NCBI GenBank assembly: GCA_963805085.1
Contig: CAWDTA010000003.1
Span: 64,001-128,000 of the forward strand
Direction of reading: 5' to 3'
From: an uncultured Veillonellaceae bacterium
Lineage (GTDB): Bacteria; Bacillota; Negativicutes; JARBTT01
Length of the DNA stretch: 64,000 nt
Positions 21,013-31,893 of this stretch are shown in pieces. Each line of letters opens with the position of its first letter. Position 1 is the first letter of the stretch. The notes under the pieces are model-generated. The model searched no databases. It was not told the origin of the DNA and was given only the letters and a program-made list of their open reading frames with translations. The position numbers were made by a program, and so were the translations under genes.

Positions 21013-22062
21013 TTATTTTATGCCAAATTGATACGTGGTTACTTCATGATATATTTCACCGGCTTTTAAAATGGGCTGAAGAAAGTTTGGATTTTTCAAT
21101 GCGTTGGGGAAATATTGGCTCTCTAAGCAGAATCCATATCTTTTTGCAATCGTGGAGCCTTTTTTGCCAGCAGGTGCACCATCTAAATAATTTCCGCTAT
21201 AAAATTGAATGCCTGGTAAAGTCGTCGAGGCAGTTAAGGTGATTCCGGTATTTTCAGCGTAAGCCCAAGCCGCTTTATTTAAGCTGCCATCATAATCGTT
21301 GATAACCCAGTTGTGGTCAAACCCGCCAGCAAATTGAAGCTGAGCAAAGTCATCATCAATATGATCACCAATTCTAGTTGCTTCTCTTAAATCTAACGGG
21401 GTGTTTTCTACAGGTGTAATTTCACCAGTTGGCAGAGATTCTTGGTCGGCAACGGTATAATAGTCGGCAAAGAGTTGAATTTGTTGATCTAGAATTGTAC
21501 CGCTATTATAGCCAGATAAATTGAAGTAGGTATGGTTGGTGAGGTTACATACCGTATCGGTATTACTCATTGCTTTATATTCAATCAATATGGTATTGTC
21601 CTCGGATAGTGTATAAGTAACATGGGTAGTCAGCATTCCAGGATAGCCTTCTTCACCAGCTTGACTTATGTAGGTGAGTTTTAATTGATTATTGCTTACT
21701 TGTGCATCCCAGACTTTTTTATCAAAACCGATTTTGCCACCATGCAAATGATTGTTGCCGTTATTACAGTAAAGCTGATAGTCGTTAGCGTTCAAATGAA
21801 ATTGACCTTTGGCAATTCGATTGCTGCATCGACCGATGAGGGCTCCGATATATTTATCTTGCTTTTCATAGCTGGCAAGGTCATCATAACCTAAAACCAC
21901 ATCGATGGGCGTTCCATTTTTATCAGGTACCTCTACCGATAATAACGTACCGCCGAAGCTTGAAATCATGATCTTCATTTTATTTTTATTGGTTAAGGTA
22001 TAAAGAGAAACGGTGGCTCCTTGCTCAGTTGTTCCGAATGCTTGTTTAGAAACTTCAATCAT
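21013..22062 (-). CDS. galM: Aldose 1-epimerase
   Basis: GRCSNRI, LHGG, GEEGYPG, NLTNHTYFNL, FDHNW, FCLESQ. Confidence 0.93.
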   Translation of the reverse strand: MIEVSKQAFGTTEQGATVSLYTLTNKNKMKIMISSFGGTLLSVEVPDKNGTPIDVVLGYDDLASYEKQDKYIGALIGRCSNRIAKGQFHLNANDYQLYCNNGNNHLHGGKIGFDKKVWDAQVSNNQLKLTYISQAGEEGYPGMLTTHVTYTLSEDNTILIEYKAMSNTDTVCNLTNHTYFNLSGYNSGTILDQQIQLFADYYTVADQESLPTGEITPVENTPLDLREATRIGDHIDDDFAQLQFAGGFDHNWVINDYDGSLNKAAWAYAENTGITLTASTTLPGIQFYSGNYLDGAPAGKKGSTIAKRYGFCLESQYFPNALKNPNFLQPILKAGEIYHEVTTYQFGIK

Positions 22063-22389
22063 TTCTATTCCCCCTACAATGCTAGTTTTATAGTAGTGTG
22101 TTATTACCTATTGATTAAGAAAAAGTTCAAACTATACTCAGAATATCACTTAAAAATAGGGTTGTAAATAATAAGATTGTTTGATAAAATTTGGTAAGTA
22201 AATATGAAGGGCGATCAATGATAATTCTAGTCAAAGAACGTAGAATGTTTCTTAAACATAGCATGCTTGAGCGATAAGCGAACTTTATTATTCCAAAAAT
22301 GAAATTTATTAAAATATGAATAAAAACGTGGTACTATTATCCTGTATTATGTTAAAATAGATAGAAGATTGATATGGAGGAGAGAAAAT

Positions 22390-24417
22390 ATGAATTTCAA
22401 AAATATTAAATTTAAATTTTTAGCATTTTTAATTCCTTTATTTATAATTATGTTCGCAATTTTAGGTCAAACCAGTTATTATTTAGCAAGTAAAAATTTG
22501 TATGAAACGACAAATGATTCTGCTAATGCAATAAGTGAAAAGTTTTCTATACAAACGTATCATCAATTACATAGTAAAATCGCTCGGCTTGAAGAGTTGG
22601 CTACTCAGCCAGCGATCTTAAGCCAAAATCAAGAACAAATGGTTCCTCTATTGGCTAATGTACAAAAAAGAGTTGGCGGCTATGCTGTTATGTTTTATAT
22701 TGATGCGAAAGGTCAAGGTACAACAGCAGAGGGGAAAAACTTTGATTATAGTGATCGGGCTTATTATAAATATGTTATGCAGAATAAAAAATCTTATATT
22801 TCAGAACCAATCGTTTCAAAAAGCACGGGTAAGTTAGCGATTGTTGCAGTTTCGCCAGTCTTTTCTAACAATCAAGTCGTTGGTTTGGTTGGTGGAACGA
22901 TTGGCTTAGATACATTATCAGATATTATGGCTCAGGTGAAATTCGAAGATACTGGATATGGCTATTTGGCTGATGAAACAGGACTTGTACTTGCTCACGC
23001 GAAAAATCCAGATAGTGTGGGTAAGTTGAATCTAACAGAAAAAACAGTGAATAAGGAAGTTAAGGCTGCTAGCAGTGAATTAGATGATCGCCTCATATCT
23101 GGATTTAAGGCTGCACTTGATACAGGGAAACAAGTAACTGCAAAGTATACTGGGCTTCAGGGAAATGAAGATTTTGCTGTACTGACTCCTTTTGAAATGG
23201 ATGGCAGACGTTGGGTTATGGTGGTTAGTGCTCCAATGGCAGAGGTCAATAGTGGGGCAAAAACATTGTGGATTACGATGCTGGGAATATCTTTGTTTTT
23301 TATTATTATCGCAGTAGGAATTATTTATATTTTTGCAAAACGTATTGCTAAACCAATCGAACAAATTCGTGATGAATGTGTAGTTTTAAATGATGGCGAT
23401 TTTAGAGCGAAAACAATAAATATTAATTCAGAAGATGAAATCGGTCAGCTAGCGCAAGGATTTCATAGTATGCGTGATAATTTACGAATTTTAATAACAA
23501 AAGTACAAAATCAAGCTGAAAAAGTGGCGGCATCTAGTGAAGAATTAACTGCTGGGGCAACGCAGTCTGCTGAATCTTCTAATCAGGTAGCTAGCTCAAT
23601 TAGCGAGATTGCAAAAGGGATCGAGCAACAATCTATGGCAGCTGAAGATGTCAATATCATTGCTGATCAATTAAGTAAAACAGCCGATGAAATTTCGGGA
23701 AAAACAAAAGAGATTGCTGAAACTGCAAGCAGTGCTAGTAATGATGTAGAACTTGGTCGTTCCTCCATAGCTAAGGCTGTTGCTCAAATGCAAGAGATCG
23801 GTGAGGGCTCGACACAGATTCAAGAAGCGGTTTCGGAACTAGCAAGGGGATCTAAGGAAATTAGTGATATTGTTAATTTGATCTCAAATATTGCGGGGCA
23901 AACGAATTTGTTGGCACTGAATGCAGCTATAGAAGCAGCTAGAGCTGGGGAACAAGGACGTGGCTTTGCCGTTGTAGCGGATGAAGTAAGAAAACTTGCT
24001 GAAGAATCTAATCAATCTTCGCAAAAAATTGGCGAGTTAGTTAAACGTAATCAGCTGGGTATGGAAAAAGCAGTAGCTGCAAGTAAAGCTGGAACAGAGG
24101 GGATTCATCTTGGTATCGAAGCTGTCAATTCAGCGGATGAAACCTTCAAAAATATTGTTAAAGTGATTCTTCATTTATCCGAAGAAATTGCAACGGTTTC
24201 TGAATCTATTGAAATGATGGCTTTTGGTAGTGGCGCCATGGTAGCATCTATTGGAGAAATTGAAAAAGTTAGTAAAACAAATGCAGGAGAAGCGCAGACA
24301 GTATCGGCGGCAACGCAGGAACAATCGGCATCCATGCAAGAAATTGCTTCGGCAAGCCAAAGTCTAGCGAATCTTGCGAGTGATCTACAAGAAGCGGTTG
24401 CGAAGTTTAAAGTATAA
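22390..24417 (+). CDS. Methyl-accepting chemotaxis protein (dCache-HAMP-MA)
   Basis: Two TM helices, DRAYY cache motif, [27 protein letters not shown]. Confidence 0.95.
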   Translation: MNFKNIKFKFLAFLIPLFIIMFAILGQTSYYLASKNLYETTNDSANAISEKFSIQTYHQLHSKIARLEELATQPAILSQNQEQMVPLLANVQKRVGGYAVMFYIDAKGQGTTAEGKNFDYSDRAYYKYVMQNKKSYISEPIVSKSTGKLAIVAVSPVFSNNQVVGLVGGTIGLDTLSDIMAQVKFEDTGYGYLADETGLVLAHAKNPDSVGKLNLTEKTVNKEVKAASSELDDRLISGFKAALDTGKQVTAKYTGLQGNEDFAVLTPFEMDGRRWVMVVSAPMAEVNSGAKTLWITMLGISLFFIIIAVGIIYIFAKRIAKPIEQIRDECVVLNDGDFRAKTININSEDEIGQLAQGFHSMRDNLRILITKVQNQAEKVAASSEELTAGATQSAESSNQVASSISEIAKGIEQQSMAAEDVNIIADQLSKTADEISGKTKEIAETASSASNDVELGRSSIAKAVAQMQEIGEGSTQIQEAVSELARGSKEISDIVNLISNIAGQTNLLALNAAIEAARAGEQGRGFAVVADEVRKLAEESNQSSQKIGELVKRNQLGMEKAVAASKAGTEGIHLGIEAVNSADETFKNIVKVILHLSEEIATVSESIEMMAFGSGAMVASIGEIEKVSKTNAGEAQTVSAATQEQSASMQEIASASQSLANLASDLQEAVAKFKV

Positions 24418-24431
24418 TTAGATTAAGAAGT

Positions 24432-24479
24432 AAAAGGTCCAACAAATAGTTTTGAGTTAACTATTTGTTGGACCTTTTT
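24432..24479. terminator. Bidirectional terminator
   Basis: AAAAGGTCCAACAAATAGTT...AACTATTTGTTGGACCTTTT. Confidence 0.8.
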
Positions 24480-24505
24480 ATCATTCGTACGAGTCAGTTA
24501 TGTAG

Positions 24506-25381
24506 TTAGGCCAATGTATTGCTTAAGGAACCAATATGCTGAATAGAAACGGTTACTTTATCGCCCGCTTTAAGCCAGTTTTGTTCAGCTTCGGGATAAC
24601 CTAAGATGACGCCACTTGGGGTTCCAGTGAAAATAATATCACCAGGTTTTAAGGTGAAATGTTTTGAAATATAACTTACAATTGTTGCACAATCAAAGAT
24701 TAAGTCGCTGGTATTAGCAGATTGGCGTACGATACCATTGACTAGGCATTCGATGTCTAGGTTGTTTGGATCAATTCCATCCGAGGTTACGATATAAGGA
24801 CCGATCGGCGCGAAGTGGTCACAGGTTTTGCCAAGAAGCCACTGTCCAGTGCGCATTTGTAAATCGCGTGCGCTCAGATCGTTACCAACCGTATAACCAA
24901 AAATATAGGATAAGGCATCTTCCTTGTTTACATTTACAGCTTCTTTGCCGATGATGATCACGAGTTCAGCTTCATAGTCGAATTTTTCTGCGGATTCTGG
25001 TAAAGTAATGACCTGCTTATGGGCAGCCAAGGCATTATTAAATTTACTAAATAGAACTGGCGATGTAGGTAATTCTTGGTTACATTCTTTGCTATGACTG
25101 CCGTAGTTTAAGCCGACACAAATAATTTTTTCCGGATGCATTACAGCTGGGGCATAGGTTAAATTTTCTTCTGAGATAGGTTCACCCGCATTATTTATTA
25201 AGGCCGTAAGTTGTAACAGCCCTTTCTTCCCTCTGGCAATGACTTGCTCGATACTTAAAGGTGCATCCGAAGAGTAATTGGCAGCAAGTTTATTCACATC
25301 AAAAAGTCCTCGTTCAGTTTTGACTCCTAAATGTAACTGTTCTCCTACTTTAAAATGAACTAATTTCATAATATGTGTCAC
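24506..25381 (-). CDS. Fumarylacetoacetate hydrolase family protein
   Basis: KIICVGLNY, DYEAEL, NDLSARD, GDIIFTGTP. Confidence 0.92.
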   Translation of the reverse strand: MTHIMKLVHFKVGEQLHLGVKTERGLFDVNKLAANYSSDAPLSIEQVIARGKKGLLQLTALINNAGEPISEENLTYAPAVMHPEKIICVGLNYGSHSKECNQELPTSPVLFSKFNNALAAHKQVITLPESAEKFDYEAELVIIIGKEAVNVNKEDALSYIFGYTVGNDLSARDLQMRTGQWLLGKTCDHFAPIGPYIVTSDGIDPNNLDIECLVNGIVRQSANTSDLIFDCATIVSYISKHFTLKPGDIIFTGTPSGVILGYPEAEQNWLKAGDKVTVSIQHIGSLSNTLA

Positions 25382-25731
25382 TCCTTCTTGTTACTGCTAT
25401 TTATGTGATTAAATGGACTACTTTTTTGTGGCAATCAGATTGTAAAACCTAGTATGGTACTAATAAATATATATATAAATAATTACCAGTATAATTACAA
25501 TTATAGCAGGAGTAGCGAGCAGAATACTACCGATTCAGTCAAATAATTTATTGGCGATAGAAAAGTAAATAAATTATTTTTTCATAGAAACTAGCGGGGG
25601 ATAATGGTAAAATTATAGTATTGCGGTAAAACTGAAGATAAAATGTGGAAAGCCAATGCTGGCTCAAGTCGATTAACTAATCACTGAGTTCAATATTTGA
25701 ACTTAAATATATTATACGAGGAAGTAATGAA

Positions 25732-26922
25732 ATGAATAGTTTTGAATTTTACTCTCCCACGAAAGTTATTTTCGGTAAAGATACGGAAAATAATGTTGGT
25801 AATGAAATAAAGGAATGGGGTGGCAGTAAGGTACTGCTCCATTTTGGCGGAAAAAGTGCAAGGCGTTCAGGTTTGCTAGATCGCATTGAAAAGAGTCTTG
25901 ATGAAGCAGGCATTGCTTATGTAAGTTTAGGTGGAGTCGTTCCCAATCCGCGTGTATCACTTGTCCGTGACGGAATTGAACTTTGCAAGAAAGAAAACGT
26001 TGATTTTCTTCTCGCCGTTGGTGGTGGTAGTGTCATTGATTCAGCAAAGGCGATTGCGATGGCACTTGCCAATCCTACGTTAGAGGATGTTTGGGATATT
26101 TACGACGGTAAGTTCGTTCCGACAGCTTGTTTTCCCATTGGCGCAGTTTTAACGATAGCGGCATCTGGCAGTGAAAGCAGTGATTCCAGCGTTATTACCA
26201 ATGAAGATGGTTGGCTTAAAAAAGGTTTTAATAGTAATATGACTCGTCCCAAATTTGCGTTAATGAACCCAGAACTTACTTACTCACTGCCTCCTTATCA
26301 AACAGCTTCTGGTGTTGTCGATATTATGATGCACACCATTGAACGCTATTTTTGCTCACAAAAGGGCAATGAACTTAGTGATCGTATTGCAGAGCAAGTA
26401 CTGCGTAATACGATTAAGTACGGTAAAATCTGTATGATTGACCCTCAAAATTACAAAGCGCGTTCTGAAATTATGTGGTCAGGCAGTCTTTCACACAACA
26501 ATTTGACTGGGCTGGGTGGTAATAAAGATTTTTCTGGTCATGCGATAGAACACGAGCTAGGTGGTATGTTTGATGTAACACATGGGGCTGGTCTAGCGGC
26601 AGTGTGGTGTTGGTGGGCGCGGTATGTAATGCAAGAGGATATCAATCGTTTTGCTCAATATGCAATCAATGTATGGGATTGTGTTTTAGATCCGATTGAT
26701 CCAACGATTACCGCATTAGAAGGCATACAAAAAACCGAAGAATTCTTTAGCTCGCTTGGTATGCCAATTAACCTTTCTCAATTGGGGGTAGGGAAATTAA
26801 CTGACGAGCAAATTGAAGAGATGGCGATCAAATGCACCCGTTTTGGTAAACGTATCGTTGGAACGCTAAAACCATTATATATTGAGGATATAAAAAAAAT
26901 TTATCATATGGCAAATGTATAA
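25732..26922 (+). CDS. Iron-containing alcohol (butanol) dehydrogenase, BdhA/YqhD-like
   Basis: GVVPNP, AVGGGSVID, SGSE, His triad HTIE/HAIEH/HGAG. Confidence 0.9.
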   Translation: MNSFEFYSPTKVIFGKDTENNVGNEIKEWGGSKVLLHFGGKSARRSGLLDRIEKSLDEAGIAYVSLGGVVPNPRVSLVRDGIELCKKENVDFLLAVGGGSVIDSAKAIAMALANPTLEDVWDIYDGKFVPTACFPIGAVLTIAASGSESSDSSVITNEDGWLKKGFNSNMTRPKFALMNPELTYSLPPYQTASGVVDIMMHTIERYFCSQKGNELSDRIAEQVLRNTIKYGKICMIDPQNYKARSEIMWSGSLSHNNLTGLGGNKDFSGHAIEHELGGMFDVTHGAGLAAVWCWWARYVMQEDINRFAQYAINVWDCVLDPIDPTITALEGIQKTEEFFSSLGMPINLSQLGVGKLTDEQIEEMAIKCTRFGKRIVGTLKPLYIEDIKKIYHMANV

Positions 26923-27011
26923 ATTGGGGATAAAAATATGCCTTGCCTTAAAAAGTGGATTAGCAATCAAACCTATTGAAATCGTTGAAAGTAGTAAGAG
27001 GAGTTGTAATT

Positions 27012-27479
27012 ATGAAAAAGATATTTTTCTATGATACGAAAATCGGTAAAATAGGGATTGCTGAGGAAAATGGTTCCATTACTAATTTGTATTTTTCTGA
27101 AGCAATGGCAGATGCGAAGGCTATTTTAGAGGAAACAGTTATATTAAAAAAGACTAGCCAACAATTACAAGAGTACTTTGCAGGAAAACGCAAAGTATTT
27201 GATCTTCCTCTTGCACCGAAAGGTACAGAGTTTCAACAAAAGGTTTGGCGAGCGTTAAAAGAAATTCCTTTTGGTGAAACGAGAAGCTATGGTGAGATTG
27301 CAAAAAGGATTGGACAGCCTAAAGCAAGCCGAGCAGTTGGTGGGGCAAATAATAAAAACCCACTTCCGATTTTTATTCCTTGTCACCGTGTTATTGGTGC
27401 CAATGGTAAATTAGTTGGCTATGCTGGTGGGTTAGAAGTGAAAAAAACACTTTTAAATGTAGAGAATTTGGTGTACTAA
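27012..27479 (+). CDS. ogt: Methylated-DNA-protein-cysteine methyltransferase
   Basis: GTEFQQKVW, RAVG, PCHRV; GAGGAG RBS before MKKIFF. Confidence 0.93.
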   Translation: MKKIFFYDTKIGKIGIAEENGSITNLYFSEAMADAKAILEETVILKKTSQQLQEYFAGKRKVFDLPLAPKGTEFQQKVWRALKEIPFGETRSYGEIAKRIGQPKASRAVGGANNKNPLPIFIPCHRVIGANGKLVGYAGGLEVKKTLLNVENLVY

Positions 27480-27578
27480 TTAAATAAAAACAGTACATTT
27501 TGTTATTTAGTGAAAATAGAAATGGATATTCAAAGCAAAACTTGCGATGAATATCCATTTCTATTTTCATATGTTTTT

Positions 27579-28979
27579 TTATTTCTTTATAAAGTCAAAT
27601 TCTTTATGATCTTGTTTATTGAGACCATTCATATAATAAGAAGCAATTACACCAGCGAACCAGATCGGCGCGATATAAAGAGCGATGCGAGTATCCTCCT
27701 TAAAGAACATGATGATTGCTACAAAAATAAAGAAAGCGATACAAATCCAACTAGAATAAGGTGAATGTGGCATAGGGTAATGCAAGTTAGCAATCTGTTC
27801 TTTCGACAAAGTCTCTCTGAATTTGATTTGTACCATTAAAATAATACCCCAGATCCAAAGCGCCCCGAACGTAGCAACGCTGGTTACATAAGTAAATACT
27901 TCAGCGGGAACTAGATAATTTAATACAACACCGATTAGTAAGAAGAAAGAAGAAACGAGGATGCCATTGGCAGGAACCAAATGATCACTTAGTTTAGCGA
28001 AAAATTTCGGTGCCTTTCCTTGTAAAGCCAGGTTATAAAGCATCCGTCCAGTACTGAAAAGACCACTGTTACAAGAAGATAAAGCAGCTGTTAAAACTAC
28101 AAAGTTGATAATACCAGCTGCGGTACTAATGCCGAGCTTACTGAATGTAAGAACGAAAGGGCTGCCAATAGTACCGATCTGATCCCAAGGATAGATGGAC
28201 ATAATAACGCTTAAAGCCAGTACATAGAAAATTAAAATCCGCCAGAATACTTTATCAATTGCTGCTGGTATTGTTTTTTCGGGATGAGCAGCTTCACCAG
28301 CAGTAACACCAATGATTTCAATCCCAAGATAAGAAAACATAACCATAACGATAGCCATAAACATACCAGAAATACCATTCGGGAAGAAACCATCATGCGT
28401 CCAAAGATTAGAAATGCCGATAGCGACGCCATCGTTACCGATACCAAAAAAGATCATCGCACAGCCGACGATAATCATAGCGATAATCGTGACAACTTTA
28501 ATCAAGGCAAACCAGAATTCAAACTCGCCGTAAGCAGATACGGCAATTAGATTTACAATCGTCATACAAACGAGAGCCGCTAAAGCTGGAATCCATTGAG
28601 GCAGATCAGGAATCCAGTAATTCACATAAACACCGACGGCGGTGATCTCGGCCATACAAGTAACGACCCACATAAACCAGTAGGTCCAGCCAGTAATGTA
28701 GCCACATAAAGGGCCTAAAAATTTACTGGAGTGAGCACTAAAAGCCCCAGAAACAGGATACTCTACGGTGACTTCGCCTAAAGCCCGCATCACATAAAAT
28801 ATGACGACACCACCGAGAAAATAGGTAAGGATCAGTGAAGGACCAGCGACTCTGATTGCTGCAGCTGAACCAAGAAATAAACCAACCCCAATTGCTCCGC
28901 CCAAGGCAATCAACTGAATATGTCTTTCTTTGAGACCACGATGTAATTCTTCTTGAAGACCATTATTTTCTTTTTCCAT
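27579..28979 (-). CDS. APC-family amino acid permease, copy 2
   Basis: Identical protein to copy 1 except after LNKQ. Confidence 0.93.
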   Translation of the reverse strand: MEKENNGLQEELHRGLKERHIQLIALGGAIGVGLFLGSAAAIRVAGPSLILTYFLGGVVIFYVMRALGEVTVEYPVSGAFSAHSSKFLGPLCGYITGWTYWFMWVVTCMAEITAVGVYVNYWIPDLPQWIPALAALVCMTIVNLIAVSAYGEFEFWFALIKVVTIIAMIIVGCAMIFFGIGNDGVAIGISNLWTHDGFFPNGISGMFMAIVMVMFSYLGIEIIGVTAGEAAHPEKTIPAAIDKVFWRILIFYVLALSVIMSIYPWDQIGTIGSPFVLTFSKLGISTAAGIINFVVLTAALSSCNSGLFSTGRMLYNLALQGKAPKFFAKLSDHLVPANGILVSSFFLLIGVVLNYLVPAEVFTYVTSVATFGALWIWGIILMVQIKFRETLSKEQIANLHYPMPHSPYSSWICIAFFIFVAIIMFFKEDTRIALYIAPIWFAGVIASYYMNGLNKQDHKEFDFIKK

Positions 28980-28980
28980 T
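27610..28980. repeat. 1371-bp direct repeat of 14874-16244
   Basis: Constant offset of 12736; only one difference spotted by eye (15398 A / 28134 G, synonymous). Confidence 0.92.
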
Positions 28981-29516
28981 TACATTCCTCCATCACTTAT
29001 TCATATTTTGATAAATAAAAACTGTAGTATACTACTGTCAATCATCTACGTATCCTCGGAAAGAATGATCCAAAATGATGCTGGTGAGGATGATATAATA
29101 GAAGTAAATAATCGAATAATTTGATTCATACAATTAAACCGCCTTTACAAAGTGGAAAATATATAAAAACATTTTTCGTGAAAAATAAAGAAAAAACGAC
29201 AAAATCTTTTTTTTATTCAGCTTTTAACGTTATTATTGTATCATTTATTTCATATTTTAAAAAGTGTTTTAGTCTATAAAAATGAAAAAAATTCCAAAAA
29301 AGGAATAAGGTACGAATGAGTATACAAAATTATATTTAATTTGATAAATTTTTTTTTAGTGTTTTCATTGTTAAACCTAGTTAGATTGACTATAGAGTAA
29401 TTTTTGCAAAAACTAGAAAAGTTTTTGTATATTTGTAATTTGGGTAATATCTATGGTAGAATGTAGTTATTGATTATGCGCGGAAAAATTTTAAATTCAT
29501 AATGGAGGTTTTCTTT

Positions 29517-31178
29517 TTGTTACAAAAAAATAAATTACTTGTGATTCCTTTAGGTGGACTAGGGGAGATCGGTAAAAATATGACGGTATTCCAATATGGT
29601 GATGATATTGTCATTCTTGATGCGGGATTAGCCTTTCCCGAAGATGATATGTTTGGAATCGATTTAGTTATTCCTGATATGTCGTATTTGCTAGATAATC
29701 GCGATAAAATACGTGCTGTTGTCTTAACACATGGTCATGAGGATCATATTGGAGCGCTGTCATATTTATTAAGAGAAATCAATGTTCCTGTATATGGAAC
29801 AAAACTTACGTTGGCGTTGGTTGAATGCCGATTGAGGGAAAATAATGTTGCCGATACGGAGTTAATCCCTGTAGAAGCTGGTGATGAAATCAATGCGGGA
29901 ATTTTTAATATAGGTTTTATTCAAGGAAGTCATTCTATCCCAGATGCTTGTGGAATTTACTTTCAGACACCGATAGGCACGATTGTCCATACGGGCGATT
30001 TTAAAATAGATCAAACTCCTGTTGATGGGAAGCATTTAGATATTCATAAATTTGCTGAATTGGGAGACAAGGGTGTCTTACTGATGATGTCTGATAGCAC
30101 GAATGCGGAACGTCCAGGCTATACTGGCTCAGAAAAAGATGTTGCGTTAGCAATTGAGGAAGAAATTAAAAATGCTAAAGGTAGAATTATTATGGCGACA
30201 TTTTCTTCCAATGTTTCTAGGATTCAAGAGGCAATATATTCTGGGTGTAGGTTAGGTCGTAAAATTGCAGTATTTGGGAGAAGTATGGCCAATGTAATAG
30301 GAATAGCCACAGAATTGGGTTATTTGCAAATTGCTGAAGGGTCTATTATTGATACCGAGGAAATTAAAAATTATAGAGATGATCAACTCTTAATTTTAAC
30401 TACGGGTAGCCAAGGCGAAACTATGGCTGGCCTAAGCAGAATGGCAAATAATACACATAGAAATGTTTCAGTGAAACCAAGTGACACAATTTTAATTGCC
30501 GCCAATCCTATTCCAGGTAATGAGAAGTCCGTATCTAAAACGATTAATAATCTTTTGCTGTTAGGTGCTGATGTAATCTATGAAAAAATTTCGGGCATCC
30601 ATGTTTCAGGACATGCCAGCCAAGAAGAATTAAAATTAATGTTAAATTTAATTCGGCCGAAATTCTTTATTCCAGTGCATGGGGAGTTCCGTATGCTTAG
30701 TCAACATGCAAAAATGGCAGAAGAGTTGGGGATTGCTAAAGACCACATCTTTATTGGTGAGAATGGTAATGTATTTGAGTTTTCTTCAGATAGTGGAGCT
30801 TTGACTAGAAAAGTTAAAGCTGGCAGAGTATACGTAGATGGTCTAGGTGTTGGGGATGTCGGCAATATCGTTATTAGAGATCGTAAACAATTATCTCAAG
30901 AAGGTGTTGTTATTGTTGTTCTTACCGTGGATAAAGAAAGTGGTGTCATCATATCTGGCCCAGATATTGTATCGCGTGGCTTTGTTTATGTGAGAGATGC
31001 CGAGCAATTGATGTATGAATCAAGAACAAAAGTTAATTTGGCATTAGAAAAAATCACACAAAAGAATATGCGTGATTGGTCAGGGATAAAGTCAGTAATT
31101 AGAGAAGCTTTGGGAACGTATTTATATGAAAAAACTGGACGAAAACCAATGATACTTCCTATTGTTACTGAAGTATAA
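29517..31178 (+). CDS. rnj: Ribonuclease J
   Basis: PLGGLGEIGKNM, THGHEDHIG, HSIPD, HTGDFK, HVSGH, PVHGE; TTG start after GGAGG. Confidence 0.95.
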   Translation: MLQKNKLLVIPLGGLGEIGKNMTVFQYGDDIVILDAGLAFPEDDMFGIDLVIPDMSYLLDNRDKIRAVVLTHGHEDHIGALSYLLREINVPVYGTKLTLALVECRLRENNVADTELIPVEAGDEINAGIFNIGFIQGSHSIPDACGIYFQTPIGTIVHTGDFKIDQTPVDGKHLDIHKFAELGDKGVLLMMSDSTNAERPGYTGSEKDVALAIEEEIKNAKGRIIMATFSSNVSRIQEAIYSGCRLGRKIAVFGRSMANVIGIATELGYLQIAEGSIIDTEEIKNYRDDQLLILTTGSQGETMAGLSRMANNTHRNVSVKPSDTILIAANPIPGNEKSVSKTINNLLLLGADVIYEKISGIHVSGHASQEELKLMLNLIRPKFFIPVHGEFRMLSQHAKMAEELGIAKDHIFIGENGNVFEFSSDSGALTRKVKAGRVYVDGLGVGDVGNIVIRDRKQLSQEGVVIVVLTVDKESGVIISGPDIVSRGFVYVRDAEQLMYESRTKVNLALEKITQKNMRDWSGIKSVIREALGTYLYEKTGRKPMILPIVTEV

Positions 31179-31390
31179 ATCTACATTAAGTACATGCATT
31201 GAATAGAATAAATGATAAGAATAAGCGATCGTTATGGATGGATAGTTAGCAAACTAAACATAACGATCGCTTCTTTTTATCGTAAATATTGGATAAATAT
31301 AACAAGGAAGAATACTTAAGGAAATTTATGCATAGTTATGAATTAGGTAAATTACAAATGAATATGAATATGAATATGGGAGGGAAAAGT

Positions 31391-31690
31391 ATGAGTTTTT
31401 TCAACTGCTTAGCCAATAGTATAGGATCGATAACAATACTAACAGATGATGGTTTTGTATTTCAGGGACAAATCATAAGGAATCGTGATGAGGAACGTCA
31501 CATTGAAGAGGATTTTATTTTTTTAGAATTGACTTGTGATGCTTCAATGGTCACTGAGGATGCTGAATTTAGAACTATACATCCACCACTTTATCGGGAT
31601 GGTGATATCGTTAGAATTAATATATGCAATATCATCGCAGTTGGTCCTAGTAATGGCTGCCCAATGAAGCATAGCAAATGCGAGTGTTGA
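31391..31690 (+). CDS. Small hypothetical protein, paralog of 50306-50620, possibly spore-associated
   Basis: GGAGGG RBS; high identity to the paralog (SIGSITILTDDGF.FQGQI). Confidence 0.75.
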   Translation: MSFFNCLANSIGSITILTDDGFVFQGQIIRNRDEERHIEEDFIFLELTCDASMVTEDAEFRTIHPPLYRDGDIVRINICNIIAVGPSNGCPMKHSKCEC

Positions 31691-31893
31691 CTTTAGGTAA
31701 CATAGAAACTATGTATTAGAGAAATTATGATATTTTTTAAGCGGACACCTTGGTTACAGGGTGTCCGCTTCTCGTTGTAAGGTTGATTTTTATTGGGATG
31801 TCTGGATCAATCATGCGAATTTACCTTCTGATTTTAGCAGTTGGTATAGCGTGTATATGCGGGCGCAAACCAATTGTACCTAAATACTCGTCA

